Shown here one piece after another: positions 35,501 through 42,984 of a stretch of DNA of 64,000 nt. Source of the DNA: Octopus sinensis (Eukaryota); assembly GCF_006345805.1 (NCBI RefSeq), contig NC_042999.1:42966001-43030000 (forward strand), written 5' to 3'. Within the stretch, counting starts at the first letter, position 1; every line of letters starts with the position of its first letter. The notes below the pieces were generated by a model that had not been told where the DNA came from, did not search any database, and saw only the letters and a list, made by a program, of their open reading frames with translations. Made by a program: the position numbers and the translations under genes.

Positions 35501-38124
35501 TTGTTAATCACTGTTTTTCTATATAACTGTAGAGGGTAAATTTGTCTAAGCATGTAGTTGGCAGTGGATTGAATACATGCTACTGATGATGGTCAAGGAA
35601 GTAGAAATCTAGACTTGGCAATTCCACTGCTGCTTCTGTCGGATACTTTTCATCTGCTACTGATTCACTCGTGTATTTTTTTAATACTATGTGTCTATAT
35701 AAGATGCTGTCCCAACCTGAGATGAATACTGCAATTGTTCTGGCTCTCTACGGCATACCCATATTAAGTAAGGTTATACAGAATGGTATTTTGAAGGCAG
35801 CAAGCTGGTAGAAACGTTAGCACACCGGGCGAAATGCTTACCGGTATTTTGTCTGCCGCTACATTCTGAGTTCAAATTCTGCCGAGGTCGACTTTGCCTT
35901 TCATCCTTTCAGGGTCGATAAATTAAGTACCAGTTATGTACTGTGGTCGATGTAATGACTTAATCCCTTTGTCTGTCCTTGTTTGTCCCCTCTATGTTTA
36001 GCCCTTTGTGGGCAATAAAGAAATAAGAATGGTATTTTGAATTAATACTGCTTCCATTTGTCTACTTCTTCCACGGGTTCCCTCCACAATTAGAAACCAG
36101 TACTTCTTTATGCAGATGTCCTCATGTGATGCATATGAATGAGGACAGCTGCATAAAAAGTGCTGATTTCTAATTGCAGAGGGAACCTGAGGAAGAGATA
36201 GACCCAGAAAGACATGGGACAAGTTTGGTGAAATTTGGTCTTCGGTTGTTGAGTATCATGGAGGTGATGACAAGTAACCAAGACTTCTGGTGATATGCTG
36301 TGCTTGAGAAGACACATCAAGTTAAATGAAATCATGGTCATGGCCAGTGCTGGTGGCACATAAAAGGCATCCAGTACACTCTGTAGAGTGGTTAGCATTA
36401 GGAAGGGCAACCCGCCATAGAAACCGAGCCGAAATAGACTGGAGCCTGGAGCAGCTTTCTGGCTTACCAGCTCCATTGAAGCCATCTAACCCATGCCAGT
36501 ATGGAAAGCAGATGTTAAATAATGATGATAATGATATATATGTGTGTGTGTGTACTCTTTTACTTGTTTCAGTCATTTGACTGTGGCCATGCTGGAGCAC
36601 TGCCTTTAGTCGAGCACATCGACCCCAGGACTTATTCTTTGTAAGCCTAGTACTTATTCTATTGGTCTCTTTTGCCAAACCGCTAAGTTACAGGGACATA
36701 AACACACCAGCATTGGTTGTCAAGCGATGTTGGGGGAACAAACACAGACACACAAACATATACACTCACACATACATACATATATATATATATATATACA
36801 CATACGACAGGCTTCTTTCAGTTTCCACCTACCAAATCCACTCACAAGGCTTTGGTTGGTCCGAGGCTATAGTAGAAGACACTTGCCCAAGGTGCCACAC
36901 AATAGGACTGAACCCGGAACCATGTAGTTTGTAAGCAAGCTACTTACCACGCAGCCACTTCTATGTATGTATCATTTCTTGCTTATTTTATATTGCAGTT
37001 TATTTGAAGCTTATAAAGCTTGTCCAGATAAAGTCAGTCAAGAGCAGATGCTGAATAACATTAAGGCTGGAAAAACTAACAGGTATTTGCTAATTTTTAT
37101 TTATTTTTTTTTTTTTACTAGTTTCAGTTATCATATTGTGACCTTGTTGGGGGCCCCACCATCTCGGTTTTAAGTTATTATATCCCCACCTCTACCCACC
37201 ATTCTTATGTTAGTCTACTGTTTATTTTATCGGGTAGCTAAGTTACATTTTATAATACAACACGGGATTTCTGACTGGTAGAAACCATTCATCATAACCA
37301 TTAATGTCCATTTTCCATGCTGGCATGGGTTGGACAGCTTAACAGGAGCTGGCATGGCCAAGGACCAGACCAGGTGCCATAGTTTGTTTTGGCTTTGGTT
37401 TCTACAGTTGGATTCCCTTCCTAATGCCAGCCACTTTAGAGTGTCCTGGGTGCTTTTTACGTGGTACCATCGTCAGTGCTTTTTATATGGTACCATCACC
37501 AGTGTTTTGTACATGGCCTCAGCTCCAACACTTTTTACACGGCTCCTTGATGTGATAAAAAACACTAAAAGGGGTAAATAGAGGCACAAAAACGTTTGTC
37601 AAAAATTTATATTATGTAACAATTGAACAAAATTTGTTTCAGTCAAGCATTTCTAATGTTCCAATCTCATTCTGAGATTTAATTATGCTTACTGTTCGTT
37701 TTTCGACATCAGTGGCAGACGCCATTAGAAAAACTTATATATGTTTGCAAAGCAGCCTTCACTTTCATCGCTACCTGATGGTTACCGCCCGTTGACGAGG
37801 GACAACAATCCTGAAACTAGTTCGAGTGTATCACTCAGGCTTGCGAGGAAGGGATGGCCTCCCTTTGCAAATACTCCGAGGACACTGATATTGTGTCTAG
37901 AGCCAGCTAGAGACGAAGATCTCTTGGGGCTATAAAGCTACAGTAACACCCCCTCCCCAATGTGGTTAGCCATGATAAGATGGCTTCTATACTTTACACT
38001 ATCGAGCGATTACTGTTTCAATCTCATTCTGAGATTTAATTATGCTTGTTCAATTTTATCTTGCAGAAACTTTGGTCCTGTTCTGAGCAGAAAAATTCAA
38101 CAATTTTACTGTCCAGATGATTGA
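1910..38124 (+). CDS. MUS81: Crossover junction endonuclease MUS81, 5'-partial spliced gene model (13 coding exons in window)
   Basis: Manual splice join: 1910-1999, 3492-3557, 6237-6322, 10428-10661, 12054-12251, 16888-17006, 20234-20331, 21453-21569, 24737-24832, 26448-26579, 32160-32263, 36999-37082, 38067-38124. All introns are GT-AG, phases are consistent, and the 1482 nt are open to TGA. Motifs: winged helix ([50 protein letters not shown]), ERCC4 ([44 protein letters not shown]) and C-terminal HhH2 (VREMFGKQL...GPVLSRKI). The start codon and N-terminal HhH exons are not in the window. Confidence 0.95.
2240..2634 (-). mobile_element. tRNA-derived SINE family A (internal CA/TA microsatellite)
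   Basis: Minus-strand head aggagtggctgtgtggtaag...ggttcagtccc (A/B boxes); near-identical copies at 3753-4146, 16295-16695, 36554-36962 and 40325-40710(+). Confidence 0.85.
2851..3417 (-). mobile_element. Non-coding element with ~50-bp terminal inverted repeats, tRNA-like head and hammerhead-like motif (Penelope-associated type)
   Basis: Arms 2851-2899 and 3365-3417; A box (rc 3341-3351), B box (rc 3298-3308); rc CTGATGA-a-ggctg/cagcc-GAAA at 2904-2935. Confidence 0.6.
3492..3557 (+). CDS. MUS81: MUS81 exon: [22 protein letters not shown]
   Basis: ttttcttccag acceptor, gtaagt donor, phase 0/0; winged-helix helix motif. Confidence 0.9.
3753..4146 (-). mobile_element. SINE family A copy
   Basis: Colinear with 2240-2634. 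Confidence 0.85.
6237..6322 (+). CDS. MUS81: MUS81 exon: [28 protein letters not shown](K)
   Basis: tttcag acceptor, gtaagc donor, phase 0/2; conserved AWSS..TL..K.LV motif. Confidence 0.92.
7131..9662 (-). mobile_element. 5'-truncated, frameshifted RTE-clade LINE (RT with embedded PHD finger, 3'UTR tandem repeats, (GAT)n tail)
   Basis: [15 protein letters not shown]...[23 protein letters not shown] (about 8880-8905), [31 protein letters not shown]; three ~160-bp repeats at 7415-7860. Confidence 0.9.
10428..10661 (+). CDS. MUS81: MUS81 exon: end of winged helix ([14 protein letters not shown]) plus Ser/Pro-rich linker
   Basis: Long polypyrimidine tract and ctccag acceptor; gtaaat donor gives phase 2, matching the next exon; lies within ORF 10327..10665. 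Confidence 0.85.
10820..11005 (+). repeat. ~39-bp tandem repeat (about 5 copies) expanded from a family-B SINE core
   Basis: aaataagtaccagttgtgcactggggttgatgtcata repeated. Confidence 0.8.
11330..11500. repeat. 54-bp tandem repeat, about 3 copies
   Basis: ctctctccctctttcatattcac..tgtaccttga.ggt.c.ctctcaccat repeated; 18-aa periodicity in the overlapping ORFs. Confidence 0.85.
12054..12251 (+). CDS. MUS81: MUS81 exon: acidic linker and start of ERCC4 domain ([19 protein letters not shown])
   Basis: aatcag acceptor, gtaagt donor, phase 2/2; ORF 12055..12255; VDxRE motif. Confidence 0.88.
13040..13338 (-). mobile_element. tRNA-derived SINE family C
   Basis: Head ggaggcgcaatggcccagtggttag...ggtttcgattccc; copies at 19215-19515(+), 43637-43885(+) and 4190-4400(+). 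Confidence 0.8.
13351..14118 (-). mobile_element. RTE LINE 3'UTR-only copy, nearly identical to 7131-7878
   Basis: Same tail and the same three ~160-bp internal repeats. Confidence 0.88.
16295..16695 (-). mobile_element. SINE family A copy
   Basis: Colinear with 2240-2634, with a short internal deletion. Confidence 0.8.
16888..17006 (+). CDS. MUS81: MUS81 exon: [39 protein letters not shown]
   Basis: ttcag acceptor, gtatgt donor; ERCC4 GDF.W catalytic motif. Confidence 0.93.
18071..18307 (+). mobile_element. SINE family B (ggcggcgagctggcagaaacgttagcac head; core gtcgactttgcctttcatcc...aagtaccag)
   Basis: Near-identical copies at 14810-15040, 35795-36027, 39891-40121, 28785-29012(-) and 51725-51965(-); B-box-like gagttcaaat. 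Confidence 0.85.
18525..19040 (+). mobile_element. Highly decayed RTE-like LINE 3' fragment
   Basis: Translates in pieces to [22 protein letters not shown].. Confidence 0.55.
19215..19515 (+). mobile_element. SINE family C copy
   Basis: Reverse-complement match to 13040-13338. Confidence 0.8.
20234..20331 (+). CDS. MUS81: MUS81 exon: [32 protein letters not shown]
   Basis: ctccag acceptor, gtatgt donor; ERKxxxD active-site motif. Confidence 0.96.
21453..21569 (+). CDS. MUS81: MUS81 exon: [39 protein letters not shown]
   Basis: ttcag acceptor, CAG|gtaagt donor, phase 0/0; ERCC4 YLIE motif. Confidence 0.95.
21690..23920 (-). mobile_element. Decayed R4/Dong-like (RLE-type) non-LTR retrotransposon
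   Basis: [43 protein letters not shown](S)[20 protein letters not shown], and CCHC knuckle [18 protein letters not shown] near 21705-21760; multiple frameshifts. Confidence 0.8.
24737..24832 (+). CDS. MUS81: MUS81 exon: [32 protein letters not shown]
   Basis: ttccag acceptor, gtaagt donor, phase 0/0; end of the ERCC4 domain. Confidence 0.94.
25870..26370 (-). mobile_element. CR1-like LINE 3' fragment
   Basis: [19 protein letters not shown]...RRLATDL..IHKII...TREHVYKI...[18 protein letters not shown]...FK. Confidence 0.8.
26448..26579 (+). CDS. MUS81: MUS81 exon: KKTLYGSS...[15 protein letters not shown] (linker to HhH2)
   Basis: ttacag acceptor, CAG|gttggt donor, phase 0/0; F.DFN...K motif. 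Confidence 0.9.
26913..28602 (-). mobile_element. SINE family A copy split by a nested RTE LINE (halves 26913-27120 and 28440-28602)
   Basis: The two halves rejoin into the 2240-2634 consensus across the internal microsatellite. Confidence 0.8.
27139..28337 (-). mobile_element. 5'-truncated RTE LINE (PHD finger plus C-terminal RT and 3'UTR)
   Basis: ORF 27590..28441: WPCSICRKG...YLGDQ...MLHGSETW...[15 protein letters not shown]. Confidence 0.9.
29318..32052. repeat. 137-bp satellite/minisatellite, 20 copies, intronic in MUS81
   Basis: Unit caataaaatcatcctctagtcctacactgtag...gaaacgatgtcttt; starts at 29457, 29594 and 29731 give a 137-bp period; no unique spacers. Confidence 0.97.
32160..32263 (+). 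CDS. MUS81: MUS81 exon: [34 protein letters not shown](S), first C-terminal HhH
   Basis: ccatag acceptor, gtaagt donor, phase 0/2; VRE.F..QL...SG.KA......TP motif. Confidence 0.93.
32666..32784. repeat. Long hairpin / MITE-like inverted repeat (~52-bp arms)
   Basis: aaatcaaaataagtaacaaggatatccagaggt...acctctggatatccttgttgcttgttttgattt. Confidence 0.85.
32861..33298 (-). mobile_element. RTE 3'UTR fragment
   Basis: Shared tail ttaacgtccgctttccatgctagcatggg; similar fragments at 3100-3262, 25051-25295, 12352-12638(+) and 36110-36535(+). Confidence 0.8.
33590..34790. mobile_element. RTE/BovB-like LINE fragment with internal inversion (33590-34064 minus, 34066-34790 plus)
   Basis: Plus: [28 protein letters not shown]...QDHRLNIF. 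Minus: [14 protein letters not shown]...[26 protein letters not shown]...[10 protein letters not shown]. Confidence 0.88.
35293..35375 (-). ncRNA. Hammerhead ribozyme-like motif with long stem II (cleavage triplet mutated)
   Basis: rc agtt-CTGATGA-ag-ctatagggtg...caccttatag-ta-GAAAC-agct-GCA-agct. Confidence 0.5.
36554..36962 (-). mobile_element. SINE family A copy, ending about 35 bp before a MUS81 acceptor
   Basis: Colinear with 2240-2634. Confidence 0.85.
36999..37082 (+). CDS. MUS81: MUS81 exon: [27 protein letters not shown](R)
   Basis: ttgcag acceptor, gtattt donor, phase 2/2. Confidence 0.92.
37786..37828 (+). ncRNA. Minimal type-I hammerhead ribozyme-like motif (C3U variant)
   Basis: cgcccg-TTGACGA-ggga/caacaa/tcct-GAAAC-ta-GTT-cgagtg: stems I and II pair and stem III is palindromic (AACTAGTT). 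Confidence 0.6.
38067..38124 (+). CDS. MUS81: MUS81 terminal coding exon: [18 protein letters not shown]
   Basis: ttgcag acceptor; RN.GP.LS..I...Y second HhH; TGA at 38122-38124. Confidence 0.92.
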
Positions 38125-38700
38125 TAATATTTGAATATGTTGATGATGACGATGATAACCTTTACATCTGTGAATTATATTGTACAGGTGATTTATATAT
38201 ACTGTACCTGCACAACTATACCTGAACAGGTGATTGATAATATCAGAATATATTGATGAAAATGGCAACTTCTACTTCTGTGGAATATATTCAGCAATTT
38301 GTACTGTACAAAATGAGCGATATTATTTGAATGTACCAAGAAAAAATGGAATGTCAACATAATTTAACAACTGTGCTGTACAAGTAATTGATAATTGAAT
38401 ATCATGTTAAAAATAATAATTTCTACACCTCTGGATTATATCCAACAATTATACAGTAAGTAGTGATACAGATAATTGATTTATTTGAATATATTGATGA
38501 ACCTGGAAACATTTACATTTGTGAATTATATTCAGCAATTGTACTGTACAAACAATTGATATTTCAATATAGTGGGGGAAACAGTTACATGTACAACTGT
38601 GAATTATTTTCAATGATTGTACTGAACAGGTTATTGATAGTATTTAAATATATTGATGAATATGGTAACTATTACAATTCTGGATTGCATTCAATAATTC
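38095..38700 (+). repeat. Degenerate ~80-bp tandem repeat spanning the MUS81 stop codon and proximal 3'UTR
   Basis: Recurrent tgtgaattatattca.caattgtactgtaca..tgattgataatatttgaatatattgatga. Confidence 0.65.
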
Positions 38701-38863
38701 TCTCGGAATTTTAAGTGTTATAATTGGACATCATTCAAGTATGGAATAGAAATTGAAACTTATACAGTTGTTTTATCAGATTGTTGCCTGTGAAAAGTAC
38801 CCATCTGTACAAGAGATTACAATAGAAATTTAAATTTTATCTACGTTTTTAGCAAGAAACCAA

Positions 38864-38869
38864 AATAAA
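38864..38869 (+). promoter_or_regulatory. Candidate MUS81 polyadenylation signal
   Basis: AATAAA about 740 nt after the stop, followed by a GT/T-rich tract (attttgttggttttttt). Confidence 0.35.
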
Positions 38870-39021
38870 TATTTTGTTGGTTTTTTTATCCCATTTTGTA
38901 TCCCATTTTACAAAACTTTCTGAGATTCTCTTGTACTAATTAATGGTTTCAAATTTTGGCACAAGGCCAGTAATTTCAGGGGAATGGGTAAGTTGAATAC
39001 ATCAACCCCAGCATTCAACTG

Positions 39022-39180
39022 CTTGATGCAGGGGCTGCCTGATGGACAGAAATACCGATTTTATGACACCTTCTTGCAGACTACCTCATTGACGAATGAC
39101 GGGGATCTTCTCTTTGTGGCTGGTGACTTCAATGGACATGTTGGACAACATGCAGGGGGGGGGGGGCTTCCATGGAGGCT
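39022..39180 (+). mobile_element. LINE APE-endonuclease fragment embedded in a family-B SINE
   Basis: QGLPDGQKYRFYD...LFVAGDFNGHVG; SINE halves at 38945-39021 and 39183-39300. Confidence 0.7.
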
Positions 39181-40324
39181 GAATGGATGAAAGGCATTGT
39201 CAACCTTGGCAGAATTTGAAATCAGAATGTGAAGATGTACAAAATATCACTAAGCATTTTGCCTGACATGCTAAAAATTCTACCAGCTTGTTGCCGCCTT
39301 GTACTAAATTATGAATTTCAGATTATGTCAGGACAAACCCCACAGGATTGATGGTTTTAAAGTTGACAAGGTCAAGGACAATTTGTTATCAAGTGTGTAC
39401 ATGTGCAGTAAGCAGGTATCAATCCATCATGTTGAGCTCTAAGCTGACCCTTTGGCAATCAAAGAATAGTTTATGATAATTTTTTTCTCCAACAATAGAC
39501 AGGAGTTAGCCTTGTGATCCCCATGATGATATTTCACCATTTTCACTTATATTCTTCATCTCCACTGACCATACTCCTTGCCCTCATTTTCTCTTCCTTC
39601 ATCTTTAACCATGTCTTTCTTGATTATCCCTTTCCTCTGCTTCTGAGTTCATTTTATCACCCCTCTCACCCAGTCATTTTAATTCTTTCTCAGCACATGA
39701 TCCAACCACTTCATCCCATTTTTCTTTACAACCTCCATCTCTGGTTCTATTGTCATTATCCATTGAAATACATTTTTTCATCTTCCTGTCTCTCTCAGCA
39801 ATACTCTGCTCATCCACCAACCCATTCTCTTTTCTTTCAAGTCTTCTCTGCTATTCTATATTCATCACCTGTTCCACTAGGTTCCTCACAAGGTGGCGAG
39901 CTGGCAGAAACGTTGGCACGCCGGGCGAAATGCGTAGCCGTATTTCGTCTGCCGTTACGTTCTGAGTTCAAATTCCACCGAGGTCGACTTTGCCTTTCAT
40001 CCTTTTGGGGTCGATTAAGTAAGTACCAGTTACGCACTGGGGTCGATATAATCGACTTAATCCCTTTGTCTGTCCTTGTTTGTTTTCTCTATGTTTAGCC
40101 CCTTGTGGGTAGTAAAGAAATAGGTTCTTCACAGGCAAAGAACACAGGTACAAGATTTTCTGGGGTCGGGGGCATGGGTATATTTCTTGCTTAAGTTCTT
40201 CAATGGTAGAATGCTTGTCAGGTTTACAAGTGCTGTATGAGTTCAAATCCTACAGGCAGCCTCCAACTTTTTCTTTCCAAAGGGATTTTTAACCTAATAT
40301 TTATATATATATATATATATATAG

Positions 40325-40710
40325 TGCAGCCATGGCTGTGTGGTTAGTAGCTTGCTGCCCAGTTGCATGGTTCCAGGTTCAGTCCCACTGTGTGACACCT
40401 TGGGCAAGTGTCTTCTACTATAGCTTCGGGTTGACCAAAGCCTTGGGAGTGGATTTGGTAGATGGAAACTGAAAGAAGCTTGTTGTATATATGTATATAT
40501 CTATGTATGTATATCTTTGTGCCTTTGTCCCCTTCATCACCGCATGACAACTGGTGATGGTGTGTTTACGTTGCTGTAATTTAGCGGTTCAGTAAAAGAG
40601 ACTGATAGAATAAGTACCAGGCTTCAAAACATAAGCACTGGGGGTCGATACATTCGACTAAAAATTCTCCAATGTAGTGCTCCAGCATGGCCGCTGTCAA
40701 AGTAAAAGAT
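40325..40710 (+). mobile_element. SINE family A copy
   Basis: Head tggctgtgtggttag...ggttcagtcccactg; tail ccagcatggccgctgtcaaa. Confidence 0.8.
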
Positions 40711-40920
40711 AGAATATATACATAATTACATATACGAAGACATGTGGTTTCATAGTTAGGGCATTTAGCTCATAATCCTAGGATCATGAGTTCGGTTGCT
40801 GGCAACATGTTTTTCACACTGTGTCCATTCCACTCAGCTGGCAAAAATGAGTTGCACCTCTGTTTCAAAGGTCCAGCCTTGTCATATTCTGAGCTGTGCT
40901 GAATCTCTCTGAGAACTACA

Positions 40921-41148
40921 TTAACCCTTTCATTACCAACCAGGCTGAAACCAGCTCTGGCTCTGAGTACAAATGTCTTGTTTTCAAAAGTTTTGAATCA
41001 AAATCTTCCACCAAACCTTAGTCACAATTTATGTTCCTAAGACTAGCTTAAAGATAACTAAGTCATTTTACTAAATTCTTTGTTATATTTAAAGTAATTG
41101 AAAGAAACACGGAGCATCTCAAAATAAACACAGTAACGAAAGGTTTAA
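40921..41148. mobile_element. piggyBac-type MITE
   Basis: TTAA|ccctttcattac ... gtaacgaaaggt|TTAA: ~12-bp imperfect TIRs with TTAA duplication; decayed relative near 58620-58790. Confidence 0.65.
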
Positions 41149-41291
41149 GAGTATATGTGTCTGTGGAATGCTCAGCCATATGCACATTAATTATTTCATG
41201 AGCCAGCTGTTTTCTTGCTCAGACCAACTTGAGCCCTTGTCACTGTAATCAACAGGGTGCCAGTATATATATATATATTGCATTTCTTGCG

Positions 41292-42191
41292 ATATGCGTA
41301 AGCTCGCAAGAAATGAAGCCAGTATGCTCCGATGGATGTGTAATGTCAGTGTTCATACCCGACAGAGTGTAAGTGCCTTGAGAGAAAAGTTGGACCTAAG
41401 AAGCATCAGCTGTGGTGTGCAAGAGAGACGTCTACACTGGTATGGACACTTGGTAAGAATGGATGAAGATAGTTGTGTGAAAAAGTGCCACACCCTAGCG
41501 GTTGAGGGAACCTGTGGAAGAGGTAAACCCAGGAAAACCTGGGATGAGGTGGTGAAACACGACCTTCGCTCTTTAGGTCTCATCGAGGAAATAACCAGAG
41601 ACCTTTGGAAGTATGCTGTGCGTGAGAAGACCCGGCAGGACAAGTGAGGCCATAACCCGTGGCCCCTACCTGGGACGTAGTCAGTCCACCTGTGCATACC
41701 TTCATTCTTGGGACACATAACTCTACTTGTGAAGACCTGTTGAAGCAAGTGAAAATCAAAAATCAAAGAATCAAATCAGAATCGAAATCGATCAACATCA
41801 ATGGAATTTGTAGTTTATGGTACCAGTGCCGGTGGCACATAAGAGAACCACCCGAACGTGGCCGTAGCCAGCACCGCATCGACTGGCCTCCGTGCTGCTG
41901 GCACGTGACAAACACCATCCAATCGTGGCCGTGCCAGCTTCGCCTGGCCTCTGTGCCGGTGGCACGTAAAAAACACCATCCGAGCATGGCCGTTCGCCAG
42001 CCTCGTCTGGCACCTGTGTCAGTGGCACATAAAAAGCACCCACTACACCCACGGAGTGGTTGGCGTTAGGAAGGGCATCCAGCTGTAGAAACACCGCCAG
42101 ATCTGACTGGCCTGGTGCAGCCTTCGGGCTTCCCAGACCCCAGTTGAACCGTCCAACCCATGCTAGCATGGAAAGCGGACGTTAAACGATG

Positions 42192-42193
<2 letters not shown>
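41292..42193 (+). mobile_element. 5'-truncated RTE LINE 3' end
   Basis: ORF 41294..41647 RRLHWYGHLVRM...GKPRKTW; tail catgctagcatggaaagcggacgttaaacgatgat. Confidence 0.88.
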
Positions 42194-42226
<33 letters not shown>

Positions 42227-42695
42227 AATAATGAAGGGTGAAATTAATTAATTTGGAAAAATTATCAATTACACCAAGTAGTCTTCGGCATGTAAAAGCC
42301 TCATTCGAGGAAAATTTAAGTAATACTAAGCAATAAGGGTTTAGCAACGAGTTGCCTTACCACATACCGAATTTAGAAATAGCAGTCAAAGGGTTAATTA
42401 ATTTGGAAAAATTATCAATTACACCAAGTAGTCTTCGGCATGTAAAAGCCTCATTCGAGGAAAATTTAAGTAATACTAAGCAATAAGCTAGAATTATTTA
42501 ATAAGATAGAATTATTTAATATTTAATATTTAATTCTTATGCTTTCCTAAAAACTTGATTTCGAAACGTACGTCCGTGATAACTAAAAAAATGTATGATA
42601 GATTGCAGTCAATTCATTCTCTCTTACCTGTTTGTGTCTGCCTTCCAAATGCTGTTTTTACTGAGATCTCCCTTTTTAGTAGAAGAAATAGCTAT

Positions 42696-42984
42696 AACCC
42701 TTTGACTGCTATTTCTAATTCGGTATGGGTAAGGCAACTCGTTGCTAAACCCTTATTGCTTAGTATATATATATATATATATAATTATTAAAAAGAAATG
42801 TAAACATACATTATGAAGGATACATCATAATAAAATAATTATTGTTTATGATGTATCCTTCATAATGTATGTTTACATTTCTTTTTAATTATATATATAT
42901 ATATTATATATTACTAAGCAATAAGGTTTAGCAACGAGTTGCCTTACCACATACCGAATTTAGAAATAGCAGTCAAAGGGTTAT
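42696..42984. repeat. ~290-bp palindrome with a perfect 44-bp central stem
   Basis: 42787-42830 is the reverse complement of 42846-42889 (15-nt loop); outer arms 42696-42765 and 42912-42984. Confidence 0.9.
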
